Below are positions 53,201 to 64,000 of a stretch of 64,000 nucleotides of DNA, one piece after another (within the stretch, counting starts at the first letter, position 1; each line of letters opens with the position of its first letter). A program made the translations under genes and the position numbers. The DNA comes from Phoronis australis (taxonomy: Eukaryota > Animalia > Phoronida): NCBI GenBank assembly GCA_002633005.1, contig NMRA01000030.1, positions 319,980 through 383,979 of the forward strand, written 5' to 3'. Below the pieces are notes generated by a model that was given only the letters and a program-made list of their open reading frames with translations, ran no database searches and was not told where the DNA came from.

Positions 53201-56200
53201 TCAGAAAAATTGCTTCCTTTTAATAAATACCACCCAATGACTAATAATCACTTTGTACAGATGTTCCACATGAAGGGTGTCCCAGAAGCAGCTGAAGTCT
53301 CCTTCTCTGAAGCCTTCTCAGCCGCTCTCAATAAGTTCCAAACTGTTGACACTAACTACAAGTCATCTAGTGTTACCAAGATCGCTCACAACAAGTCCTC
53401 GCTTGGCTCCATTGCTAGCCTGGCCGCGGTTGGCATAGCAACCATGGGAGTGATGTCAATTGTGGAGGGCGTCCTAAGTGGGAGTCTCGTGCCTGGATTC
53501 TCAGATGACCTTATTAACAAAGTAAGTTAGTAGTGGTCAACAGGATGTGATGTGGCGTTGAGTTCAAACCCTCTGAGCAGTAATTAGTGGCTCCATCTAG
53601 TGTTGGAGCACGAAACGCAGTCCATTACCACTGAAAGTCTGCTGTAGGCATGTAAATAGCTGGCCTACCATGTGAGTTCAGTCTTCAACGATAATGTTTT
53701 GTAACTGTTCACAAGCTCAGGATTCCTTTGTAAACTGGTTATGGTAAAAGTTATCCATTTTGAGAAGTCTTCACAATTTGGGACACAGAGTCTCCCGCAA
53801 ATGTTAAATTGTCCTCATTCTGTAATTCACCATATTTCTCAAATTTCTGACAATGTATCTTCAATGCAAAGAGTGGGTGATTTTGCCGTCTTTCCAGTGA
53901 TTCTTGAATTTGGGATGGCCAATATTGCATATTTCTAGAATTTGGGACAAGCTCCGACCTTGAGCAAAATCATATTAGCATTTAAGTGTGTAGAAGTATG
54001 TATTCCTGTAATTAGAAAGACTGTGGACTTTCATGTTGAACTTTATGCAAAGAAAATCAATGGCTGGCCAAATTTCATGTGACATAACTGTCCAAAATAA
54101 AACTTAAAAAGCACTGTAACAGTTACACTTTTCTCAAATGTCAATTTGTCATGTGTTTGTCCAGCATCAGCTGCTGTATCTCACAAAACCCTCATTGGTA
54201 AAACGGCATGAGTGAATTTTCGGGTGGACCCAACCACTGGTGTGCCCCATAGTTGCAATTTTAATTTTTTTTACTTTTGTCTCTGTTAGCCTTTGTTCCT
54301 TGATGGATTTTCATGAAATTTGGCAAATAGCCAGCATCATCTCGTTTTCAGACAAATTCAATGTATTAGGTCCTATCTAGTGGCCATTTTTACTGTTTTC
54401 GAGTCATGTTTTTTGTTGTCTGCCTTTCTGTCATGTAAACCAGGCTAAGGATGATTATGGAAATTGGTACATCGTGTTCATACTGAGAGGAGGACGACTG
54501 ACAATGATTTACGGATGGCTCCAACTACTGTGACGCCTCCTCGTTGTAGTTTTTTTTTGCATTCGCGGCTATCTCCTGAATCCCTTGCAGGAACTCTGTT
54601 AAATTTGGCTGGTGTATTTGTATGAAAATGACAACACTTGGCCATAAGTTACCGCTGCGCCTCCTATTGACAATTTTATTATTTTTTCAATAGGTTTTCC
54701 TCTGTAGCTTCGGAGTTCCTTGACAGATTTTCATGAAATTTGGAATATAGGTTTCTTTTAAGGAAACGTTGACACTTTCTGACATACTGTACTCCACCTA
54801 GTGGCCATTTTTATTATTTTGATGTCTGTCTTTTGACATCCATCTCTCTATCAACAAACCACTCTAAGGATCATTATGAAAATTGGACCGTGTTCCTACT
54901 GGGAAGAGCTCATCTGACGATGGATTGCTCCAGCTACTGTGGCACTCCCTAGTGGCAGTTTTGTGTTTTTCTTGTGCGCAGCTCTATTTCCTCACCCTCG
55001 CGTACGACCTCGACTAGTGTATTTTCTAGAAATGTGAGAGCAGACATCTGTCGGATAGATATAACTACCATTGTGCCCCTTGTGATAATTCTGTTTATCT
55101 TTTTGTTTGCCTTTATGGATGTTTAATACGAAATTTCGCAAATAAGTCTCTGCCCTGTTTTAGATTGATTTGATCTACGTTACGCCCCCTAGTGGGCTTT
55201 CTGTTGTTTTTGTGTCCTTCTTGAAGAATCATGATGAAAAATGGCAAGTGTGTTCCTATTGAGGAGAGCACTTCTGACTTTGTCTGCACCCCCTAGAGGC
55301 TGTTATCAATTTCACTAACTGTTGGTTGATTAAATGGGAATGTTTTAAATAGTGGTCATCTTGTATCTGGACTGTACAGTGTGTGCATATCAACACTCTG
55401 CGTTACTCTTGTTTTCATAAGTCCTATATTTGCAGTGGAACATTTCAAAACCTATTCCTACCAGCCTTTTGGAAAACACTGTATAGTTATTGTTTTCATG
55501 AATCTGATCGGCCGTTTCTGAGATAAGATGTTCACAAGTTAGCCAAATGTGGAATTTTTTTCGGGCTGAGACTAATTTTGTGCTTTGAGACTATAAATTT
55601 TGCACTGTTCTTGTAGTTATGAGTAATACTTAAGTGTGTATGTGTGTGTTTGTGTGTGTATGTCTGTGTGTGTCTGTGAGTGTGCGTGTGTGCGTGCGTG
55701 CATGCGTGTGTGTGTTTAACTTCAAGTTGGGAACCATATGTTATTGTTGGACACATTGCTAATATTGATATTACGATATCCCTTTGTAGGTGAGTGTATT
55801 ACCAGCATTCGCTGACCACATTCATCCCAAAAACGTTCCAGCAATGGTGACCTTTGACCTTGTATGTGTGGGGTGCCAGGTGTGGGACGGGTGCCGTGAC
55901 CTTTTGGAACAAGTGAAGAAAAAGCTGGCGTCTGGTTAGTCTAGGAGTTCTTTTTCAACTGCAAATTTTTTTACAATGTGGTCTCAAAGTAAGGTTAATT
56001 TTAAATTTAACGTTGCGGTTAACTTCTATTGACAGGAATGGTTTTCATTCTGTGATGTTGCTAATGTCACTTTTGTTCAATAATTTTCAGATTACCTCAC
56101 TGCTTCGTAAATAATTATTGTTTTTCACTGTACACCAAAGTTTGATTTTGCTTGACTAGAAATCTGGAGAATTCGCATACCCATTCTAAAATTTCAGCGG

Positions 56201-59200
56201 CACTTCAACCTAAAGAACAGATGTCAAAAAAACTGTCAAAGGGTGAGGACTCTGTCAAAGGACTTCCAGCTGTTGTTGATCGGTTGACTGCTTTGATTGG
56301 TCAAGGTAATGTTACCGAATCGGCCAATCAGGCAGATCCTGAGGTGTTTGACAGATGGTTCAAGAAGAGTATTTCTCAGATCCTATTGGACAGCACACAT
56401 TCACTCCACCCAGTTTCACACAGGACTTATGTGAACTCAGTGCTAGAGTTAGGGAAAGGTACAGTACAAAAACTGCAGTTTATTTGAATTATTTTAATAT
56501 TACAACTACAAAATGAATTATTTTATTTCCCATGCTTTCATACTCATTGTTTGTACAAAGTCACAGTAGATTGAATGACTGAACCCATTCTTAGGATGTG
56601 GGAACAGTTATTCTGCTTTTTTGAAGAGCTGGACAGGACTGCATTCCATAAACCTAAGATACTGGCCAGTCACTTATGGCGAGACATTATCAATTATGGA
56701 ATGGATAAAGATGTATTCTATGTCATAATTAAGCATTCTATCCTGACCAGCCTCTCTTCAGTCTCCACTGTTTTGCTTGGTCCTGAGCATACTCATTTTT
56801 CACTCATGATTTGGCAGGCTGGCATGATCTTACTTTTATGAAGTACAACGTGTACCAGACCACCTGCAATTATATTTATAAACAGTTGGACTTGTAAAGC
56901 TGCTGCATTTTGACAAAATATCAACTTTTAAAATTTCACTATTGTAAACCTAATTTTAACTTCCTTACTCAAGTTAAGACGTGATTCTTGCTATTTCCAA
57001 TACCTGGCTCTTCATTATTGTCTCCGACCTAGCTCATCAATTTGGCTTGTCACAGTTGGTCATTTATGCGCCGAGCAACGTCTCAAACAGTTATGAACTG
57101 TAAGCTCTTTCAAAGCCCACAATTCATTGCTTATCTGAGTAAGGAACAGGTTGATGCCAACTTTTAGTGGTGAGTGGTATAAGTGAAGCATTACATTGTT
57201 TCTGGTCTGAAGGTGGGTACATAGTCTTTTTAATCATTACAGCACTCAAAAATGCCATTTGTGAAAGAGACAAATTCACCGAGTCCACGAAACGCAGTTC
57301 TGCTCTGAACAAATCTCCTAAGAAAGACCAGCCATCTGTTACCATCACGATGAAGTACTTAATGCACTCTGTTGTCAAGAACACACCAGCAGGGGGCCTC
57401 CTTATTGATCACTACAGGTGAGACCACGCATGCCCTTTTCATTCAGCTGAACATTATTCTTGTCATACTGTCAATGTGCAGCCATATGTGGTACGTAGAT
57501 CGCACCACCACTACAGCTACAAACAACAACAACAACAACAACAGTGAACAACAAGGTAACAATTAAAGCTTAAATGGAACATTGGGGATCATATCTTTTA
57601 ACAATCACAATAAAATGGTAAGTTCGTTAATGCTTTGTCTTAATTTTAAAGCACTTAATTGTGAAATAAAAGTTAAGTTAATTTTGGGGACTTAGATGTT
57701 GCAAGGCCTACATTTTCATGTTTTTATATGTTTACCTAAACTTAGGAGAGTATTCTAAAGTGTTGAATAAGTTGACGCTCTGTTACAGGAGTTGTAAATC
57801 TCTGGAAAGTGGCAACGTGAATTTTCTGGCCAGTTTGTATGAACACGTGAAGGGCTTGGCAGTGATGAAGGCAGAGTGTGAGGGAAGAGTGAGAGGTGAG
57901 TATTGGCCAGTTTGACCTATTGGCCTTATGTTTATATTTGATTAGAGAATAAGCACTTATCGGCAAGTGTGTATGCAAATGAGATACCACTGATTCGAGG
58001 TCCTCTTCCATTTTGTGCAATCATTAATTCTCATTGAGTGTTGCAACTGACAGTGCATGAAGTATTGAGTGTTACAACTGACAGTGTATGAAGTATTGAG
58101 TGTTACAACTGACAGTGTATGACGTATTGAGTGTTGCAACTGACAGTGTATGAAGTATTGAGTGTTACACCTGACAGTGTATGGAGTATTGAGTTTTACT
58201 GATAACTGACAGTGTATGAAGTATTGAATGTTACAACTGACAGTGTATGAAGTATTGAGTGTTACAACTGACAGTGTGTGAAGTATTGAGTGTTACACCT
58301 GACAGTGCATGAAATATTGAGAGTTACAACTGACAGTGTATGAAATATCGAGTGTTACAACTGACAGTGTATGANNNNNNNNNNNNNNNNNNNNNNNNNN
58401 NNNNNNNNNNNNNNNNNNNNNNNNNNNNNNNNNNNNNNNNNNNNNNNNNNNNNNNNNNNNNNNNNNNNNNNNNNNNNNNNNNNNNNNNNNNNNNNNNNNN
58501 NNNNNNNNNNNNNNNNNNNNNNNNNNNNNNNNNNNNNNNNNNNNNNNNNNNNNNNNNNNNNNNNNNNNNNNNNNNNNNNNNNNNNNNNNNNNNNNNNNNN
58601 NNNNNNNNNNNNNNNNNNNNNNNNNNNNNNNNNNNNNNNNNNNNNNNNNNNNNNNNNNNNNNNNNNNNNNNNNNNNNNNNNNNNNNNNNNNNNNNNNNNN
58701 NNNNNNNNNNNNNNNNNNNNNNNNNNNNNNNNNNNNNNNNNNNNNNNNNNNNNNNNNNNNNNNNNNNNNNNNNNNNNNNNNNNNNNNNNNNNNNNNNNNN
58801 NNNNNNNNNNNNNNNNNNNNNNNNNNNNNNNNNNNNNNNNNNNNNNNNNNNNNNNNNNNNNNNNNNNNNNNNNNNNNNNNNNNNNNNNNNNNNNNNNNNN
58901 NNNNNNNNNNNNNNNNNNNNNNNNNNNNNNNNNNNNNNNNNNNNNNNNNNNNNNNNNNNNNNNNNNNNNNNNNNNNNNNNNNNNNNNNNNNNNNNNNNNN
59001 NNNNNNNNNNNNNNNNNNNNNNNNNNNNNNNNNNNNNNNNNNNNNNNNNNNNNNNNNNNNNNNNNNNNNNNNNNNNNNNNNNNNNNNNNNNNNNNNNNNN
59101 NNNNNNNNNNNNNNNNNNNNNNNNNNNNNNNNNNNNNNNNNNNNNNNNNNNNNNNNNNNNNNNNNNNNNNNNNNNNNNNNNNNNNNNNNNNNNNTGACCT

Positions 59201-62200
59201 TTCTCCACTCAGGTATGTGACCTTTCTCCACTCAGGTATGTGACCTTTCTCCACTCAGGTATGTGACCTTTCTCCACTCAGGTATGTGACCTTTCTCCAC
59301 TCAGATATGAGACCTCTGGGAATACTCATCCCACTCTTAGTAACAATTGTTTATTTCTCTGTTACTGAAATCCTTTTTATCTTGATCTCCATTGATGAAG
59401 ATTTAAAAAGATCTAAAAAGTCATTGTTCACAAGTATACCCAGTTATTATGTGACTTGAAATTTTGGTTTTCAGTGTAATCTTAGAAAGTTTTCAAATAC
59501 ATAAATGTTGAATATAGTATAATTCAGCAGAATGTCCTCTCTAATATAAATCTCACTAAAGACGACACGGCTATAGGTATTTATAGTTTTCCATAGACGT
59601 TTTTTAAATTCTTTGAATATACCCATTCTTAGCAATGTATGGAGTCTGAGAAACAGTCGGAAAATTATCAACACCTAGTGTTGTGTTGTATTTACTAGAC
59701 TTGTTACAGTATTACAATACATGTAAAGGTAGAATAAAACAGTTAATTACAATTTATCTCTTCTGAAATGGCACATGCTATAATGATGTTGGTGTGAAAA
59801 CCAACAGGATTACCCATGATTAGCATTATCATGAGATTATTACCCTATGGTGCGCCATTTTTGTTGTGCGACATATTGTCTGCAATCATCTCGTTTCTAG
59901 ACTGGAGTCGATGGCCAACAAGTTGAATGTGAACCTGACCCACATAATAGTGAAGAGCTGCTGTCCCACCCTGCCCTCCAACTGTCTACCCACCCATATA
60001 CCTCATACAGGTAACAATATACATGCTGTCTGTTGTGTTCAAGGTTACATGGCTAACACTCACAGAGGCAAATGATTGCAAATACGATTGTGTTTCGCAC
60101 AAGCAAGACACATTTCAATCCACATAAATTTGCCAATGATTCATATTTGCACTTTAGGATCGCCTACATAAACCATGACTTAAACTTTTTGTCAATAAAA
60201 ATCCTAAGATAGGACCACGTTGACTGTGACTGCCTCAGATAAGACCACCTTGACTATGACTGCCTTTTCTAAGACCACCTTGGCAATGACTGCCTCGGAT
60301 AAGACCACCTGTGCTATGGCTGCCTCAGATAAGACCACTTTGGCTACGACTGTCTCAGATAAGACCACCTTTGGCTATGACTGCCTGACATACGATCACC
60401 TTGGCTATATCTGCCTGAGATAAGACCACCTAGGCTATGACTCCCTGACATAAGACCACCTTGGCTATGACTCCCTGAGATAAGACCACTCTGGCTATGA
60501 CTCCCTGAGATAAGACCACCTTGGCTATATCTGCCTGAGATAAGACCACCTTGGCTATGACTCCCTGAGATAAGACCACCTTGGCTATGACTCCCTGAGA
60601 TAATACCATCTTAGGAAAGCAAGTCACTAAATAAGATTATCTGTCTAGGATAAAATGTAGATAAAGATTTCTTACAGACAAGAGGTTACACGTACTTAAA
60701 GCAGATGCTCATGTCTCTGGCCGAAGGTATAAGTTACCGAAAACTTTTACATGAGGCTGGTAATCTCTCATCTTTGTTAAGAAGTTGACATTTGATCTTG
60801 AACAGCAATGTTATCACTGAACAGGTCATTCTCATTTTGTATACAATAAATGAGATCTCTTCTGATACTACGTGCACCAGTTACATCAACTCAGCTTAAC
60901 GCACATACACTATGCAAACTACTGATAGCTATAGGCTACTGTTATGTTGTCTTTGAATCTTGATTTTCCTTTTTGAATGCATGAATACTTCTCAATACTT
61001 GGAAGATGGCGCTTTCGGGGATATTCAGCATTTTCTCCCTTTCCCTGCAAACTGAAACACAGAAATGCATTACTTATATTAACTTTCCATTTGTTTGTAT
61101 ATAAATCATTTTTAAAACTATTTATTTGTTTCTGATTTCACAGATAAAGGTGTGTTGCATCATGGGAAGCTTGTACTTAATGAACCTAGTCGAGTGGTTA
61201 CGTCATACAGACAGCCAGAGTTTGTTGCTAGGGAACTACTTACAAGGATGTTACAGTTGATGAAAGGTTAGTAATCTGACTCAATTGTATGACAGTGGTC
61301 AACTTTGGTCAAGTTTGGTTAATTTTTGAAAATTTGATATGATTAAGGTATTAAAATGATCACCGTCTACCAACATTAAAAGTGAACATTTTATGCTTCA
61401 AATTGTTTATTTAATCACGCTGGAAATTTTTTTATAGAAACCAAATTTCTGAATCTGTAAGCGGCCACCACATTTTTGCTTTCTGCCTGCGCTGCTAGAT
61501 GTTTTGTCTTTTGATAACTGTGCTGTGTGGGATACTGTGTGGCAGTGTTATTGACTTTGCATGATCAAGAGTTGTGGTTAAGTCAAGCGCACTTATAGTT
61601 AAAACTGGAACTGTGGTTTTAGTGTTGATGATTATTTTGTTTATTGTGGCCAAAATTGTTTTCCTTATTATATGTGGCTTTTTGTGTCAATTAATCAAAG
61701 TGACATTATCTGTGAGAAAAATGGTGTGCTGAAATCAGGGCAGAGTTGCTGTAGTCAAACACTCTACTGATGAGCTGTGTTGTGGGCAGAGTTGCTGTAG
61801 ACAAACACTCTGCTGACGAGCTGTGTTGTGGGCAGAATTGCTGTAGACAAACACTCTACTGACGAGCTGTGTTGTGTGCAGAATTGCTGTAGACAACCAC
61901 TCTACTGATGAGCTGTGTTGTGTGCAGAATTGCTGTAGACAACCACTCTACGGACAAGCTGTGTTGTGGGCAGAATTGCTGTAGGCAAACACTCTACTGA
62001 TGAGCTGTGTTGTGGGCAGAATTGCTGTAGGCAAACACTCTACTGATAAGCTGTGTTGTGCTTGATAAATGGCAGACTATTAATATGCATATTGGGTTTG
62101 ATTTCAGCAAGTGTTTGGCAAACAAAGGCGAGAACTGGTGATTTTGTTTTTTCATTAGTCTGTTCAAAGATTGTAACTTCAAAAAGTCCCATCCAACAAT

Positions 62201-64000
62201 AATCCCAAAAATGTATTTTCAACAATATAAATGATAATGCCCCAGGCGTTTAATTCAGTGCATCTTTGAATATTACGGCTCCGTGTTGTGTTTGCAATTG
62301 CCATGCAGTGACAGTCTTATTTGGTTTACACGTGCCTGTCATTTTTTGCATGTAGATGCGTGTTCAAAACTTTGTGTAGTGGTCCACTGAGAAAACATCT
62401 CACCAAATTTAACCATTAATTGTCCATCAAATATGTTGCCATGGTTACTACTTATTCTAGCCAATGCCAGCCAAGATAGCCATACAGGTGTATTCAGTCT
62501 GAGTACAGCTAAAGTTACAATACAGACGCAAGAGTACGCTGAGATTGTTGACAGCATTCAGGAGCTGGCTGTGGTCGATCTCAGTCTCCTAGCAACCAAA
62601 GAAGACCTGATATGTTTCTATAGTAACAGCCTGAACCTAATGTACATCCATGTGCTACTGCATCAGACTGAGGTCTTAGTAAACAAGGAGGTTAGTGCAA
62701 GATGCTTTAATGCCTCTCTGTTCCTTTAAATGAGGATAAACTTGACGATCAAGGTTTTATAGAATCCCATTATCCTATGACATACAGCTATTCACATGTC
62801 TCTGTAATTTTCCCGCCATATGTTTTGCATGTTGTGTGTATTCCTTCTCTTGATAATACAGCTCACTGTAAGTTAGGAAATGTCAAGTACTAGTAACAAA
62901 GATGAAAATTTACTTTGACCTTATAATTTCATCCTTTAGATAAACACTGATACAGAGACCTGTAGTAGGAATCTGGACTATGTTATTTGTAGTTAATGTA
63001 TTGTGACTGTAGCAAGATAATACAAGACCACAAGAAATGATGCCAATGAAAGTCAAATGTTTCATGAGTGAGCTTGAGGCCTTACCAGGCTTGTCAACCT
63101 CTACATTCGGGCTATAGTTCTTACATTTTGACTTTTATTGTGGTCAGAGATAAGATTCTCTGATGTATTCAGATTAAGTTGAATCATGAAATTCGTTCTT
63201 TATTTCGCCAAAACTTTTTTTATTTAGTTTCCACATTTGAAAGCATGCTTATACATTGTTTCAAATGTACGGAAAAACTGATGCACGTTTAAAGCTAATT
63301 GTTGCATGTTGTCTGATTCATAAAAAAAATTCTGAATTAAAGTGGCTGAGTAATACGTGCCATATTCGTTTGTAGTGGACTACATCTGAAACAGTACTGC
63401 ATGTTACCATGACTACTAGCATCCCTTTCTAGGCTTTAACAAGTCTACCTTACATATGTAACCTGCTCACCACTGAAATGATTGGCTGGTAAGCACTGGC
63501 AAAGCCAGGCATATTGAATGGGAGGGGGCAGTACTGAAGAAAAATTGTTTCCAGTTGAGAAGGTTGGCAACCTGCGGGCTCTTGGCAATGATCAAGGGGA
63601 AGTGCAAAATTGAAATGAGTTTCGTCTGGGTGTGTTCTTTTTTGCAACAGTGGGCCTCGTTGTGTCAAATTAGTCTTGACTGTCCCTCCAACATTTAACT
63701 TGTTGAGTAAGCAATGACTTGAGTTTCATTTACATCCCATTTATAACTTCATCATCACAAGATTGTCATCTGAACTGTTTCTTATAAGACTAGGTCACCT
63801 TTTTTGTATTTTTGTATTGTTCTCGTTCACTAGATATTTAATTTGTTCATTTGATCCATATTTCCGTAACAACAGATGGAGAGTGCAAAGAGACCTCTGA
63901 ATACCCCTCTCGATGACAGCTACTCAGCCAGCATATTTGATTTGCCTGACAGCAAATTAGACTCGGTCATTATACAGTCCAAGATGGCCTACAAGATTGG
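41233..64000 (+). CDS. ZFYVE26: Zinc finger FYVE domain-containing protein 26 (spastizin/SPG15), 5' part; continues beyond the window
   Basis: Exons: 41233-41456, 42408-42483, 42912-43001, 44103-44753, 45426-45593, 46342-46430, 47366-47544, 48403-49512, 50857-50940, 52451-52701, 53261-53521, 55790-55934, 56198-56458, 57243-57417, 57789-57895, [exon inferred in gap], 59901-60010, 61144-61266, 62461-62690, 63876->64000. All are GT-AG and phases match except across the gap. FPFGRENQTSVEELFVFFKNCLSAGKWELARAC matches the spastizin N-terminus (HPFGKEE..LFGFF..CL..GEWELA.AC); also PL..L.LLLGW, FPLTYRVEILENIFSLLF, SEA.WR.QLV, MLAS.ESLL..C. Confidence 0.92.
43500..43940. repeat. Pyrimidine-rich minisatellite, about 48-bp unit, with an internal gap (43720-43808); partial copy at 37707-37794
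   Basis: cctccccattccgtcttaccctccttctcagtgccactgtttgccc repeated. Confidence 0.9.
44799..44899. repeat. Minisatellite, 19-bp unit, about 5 copies
   Basis: gtgatagtgcttgtcaagg repeated. Confidence 0.88.
47757..48229. repeat. Minisatellite, 24-bp unit, with an internal gap (47960-48039)
   Basis: cccagaatgcacttcttacctgYN repeated more than 15 times. Confidence 0.93.
50540..50691. mobile_element. Small MITE-like element
   Basis: gggcccagttgcgtaaaa ... ttttatgcaacccagccc imperfect inverted termini. Confidence 0.45.
54240..55300 (+). mobile_element. Diverged Helentron/DINE-like family copy in a ZFYVE26 intron
   Basis: Repeated cctagtggccatttt, gattttcatgaaatttgg and aggatcattatgaaaattgg motifs shared with 1900-2810. 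Confidence 0.65.
55634..55714. repeat. (TG)n / (TGCG)n microsatellite
   Basis: Directly visible. Confidence 0.9.
58034..58374. repeat. Minisatellite, 31-bp unit, running into the gap
   Basis: gtattgagtgttacaactgacagtgtatgaa repeated about 11 times. Confidence 0.92.
58375..59194. other. Assembly gap (N run), probably hiding a ZFYVE26 exon
   Basis: Run of N; the flanking exons have incompatible phases (1 then 2). Confidence 0.9.
59195..59312. repeat. Minisatellite, 23-bp unit, containing a splice-donor sequence
   Basis: tgacctttctccactcaggtatg repeated about 5 times. Confidence 0.9.
60205..60612. repeat. Minisatellite, 30-bp unit, about 13 copies
   Basis: taagaccaccttggctatgactccctgaga repeated. 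Confidence 0.92.
61738..62060. repeat. Minisatellite, 46-bp unit, about 7 copies
   Basis: gagctgtgttgtgggcagaattgctgtagacaaacactctactgat repeated. Confidence 0.92.

Overview
This is eukaryotic, intron-rich, AT-rich draft-assembly DNA from an invertebrate animal; the repeat landscape suggests a mollusc or other lophotrochozoan (inference). It has five N gaps. Walking GT-AG sites and checking codon phase by hand gives four spliced genes. (1) The last exons of TMEM62 (+, 1-3442). (2) A complete 9-exon SLC35F6 (-, 5591-14731, 418 aa). (3) A 10-exon, about 595-aa gene (-, 20990-35610) that appears to join an SLX4IP-like N-terminal domain to a PWWP3A/MUM1-type C-terminal domain. (4) The 5' part of ZFYVE26/spastizin (+, running off the window end), head-to-head with gene 3 and apparently carrying a DUF547-like segment. 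The block 31620-37706 recurs at 37796-43143 across a single N and looks like two uncollapsed haplotypes; this exposes a polymorphic TA-flanked MITE. The rest is MITEs, Helentron/DINE-like repeats, LINE and SINE remnants, and minisatellites. I saw no prokaryotic-type system such as CRISPR or an operon. All family assignments come from recalled protein sequences, not from database searches.
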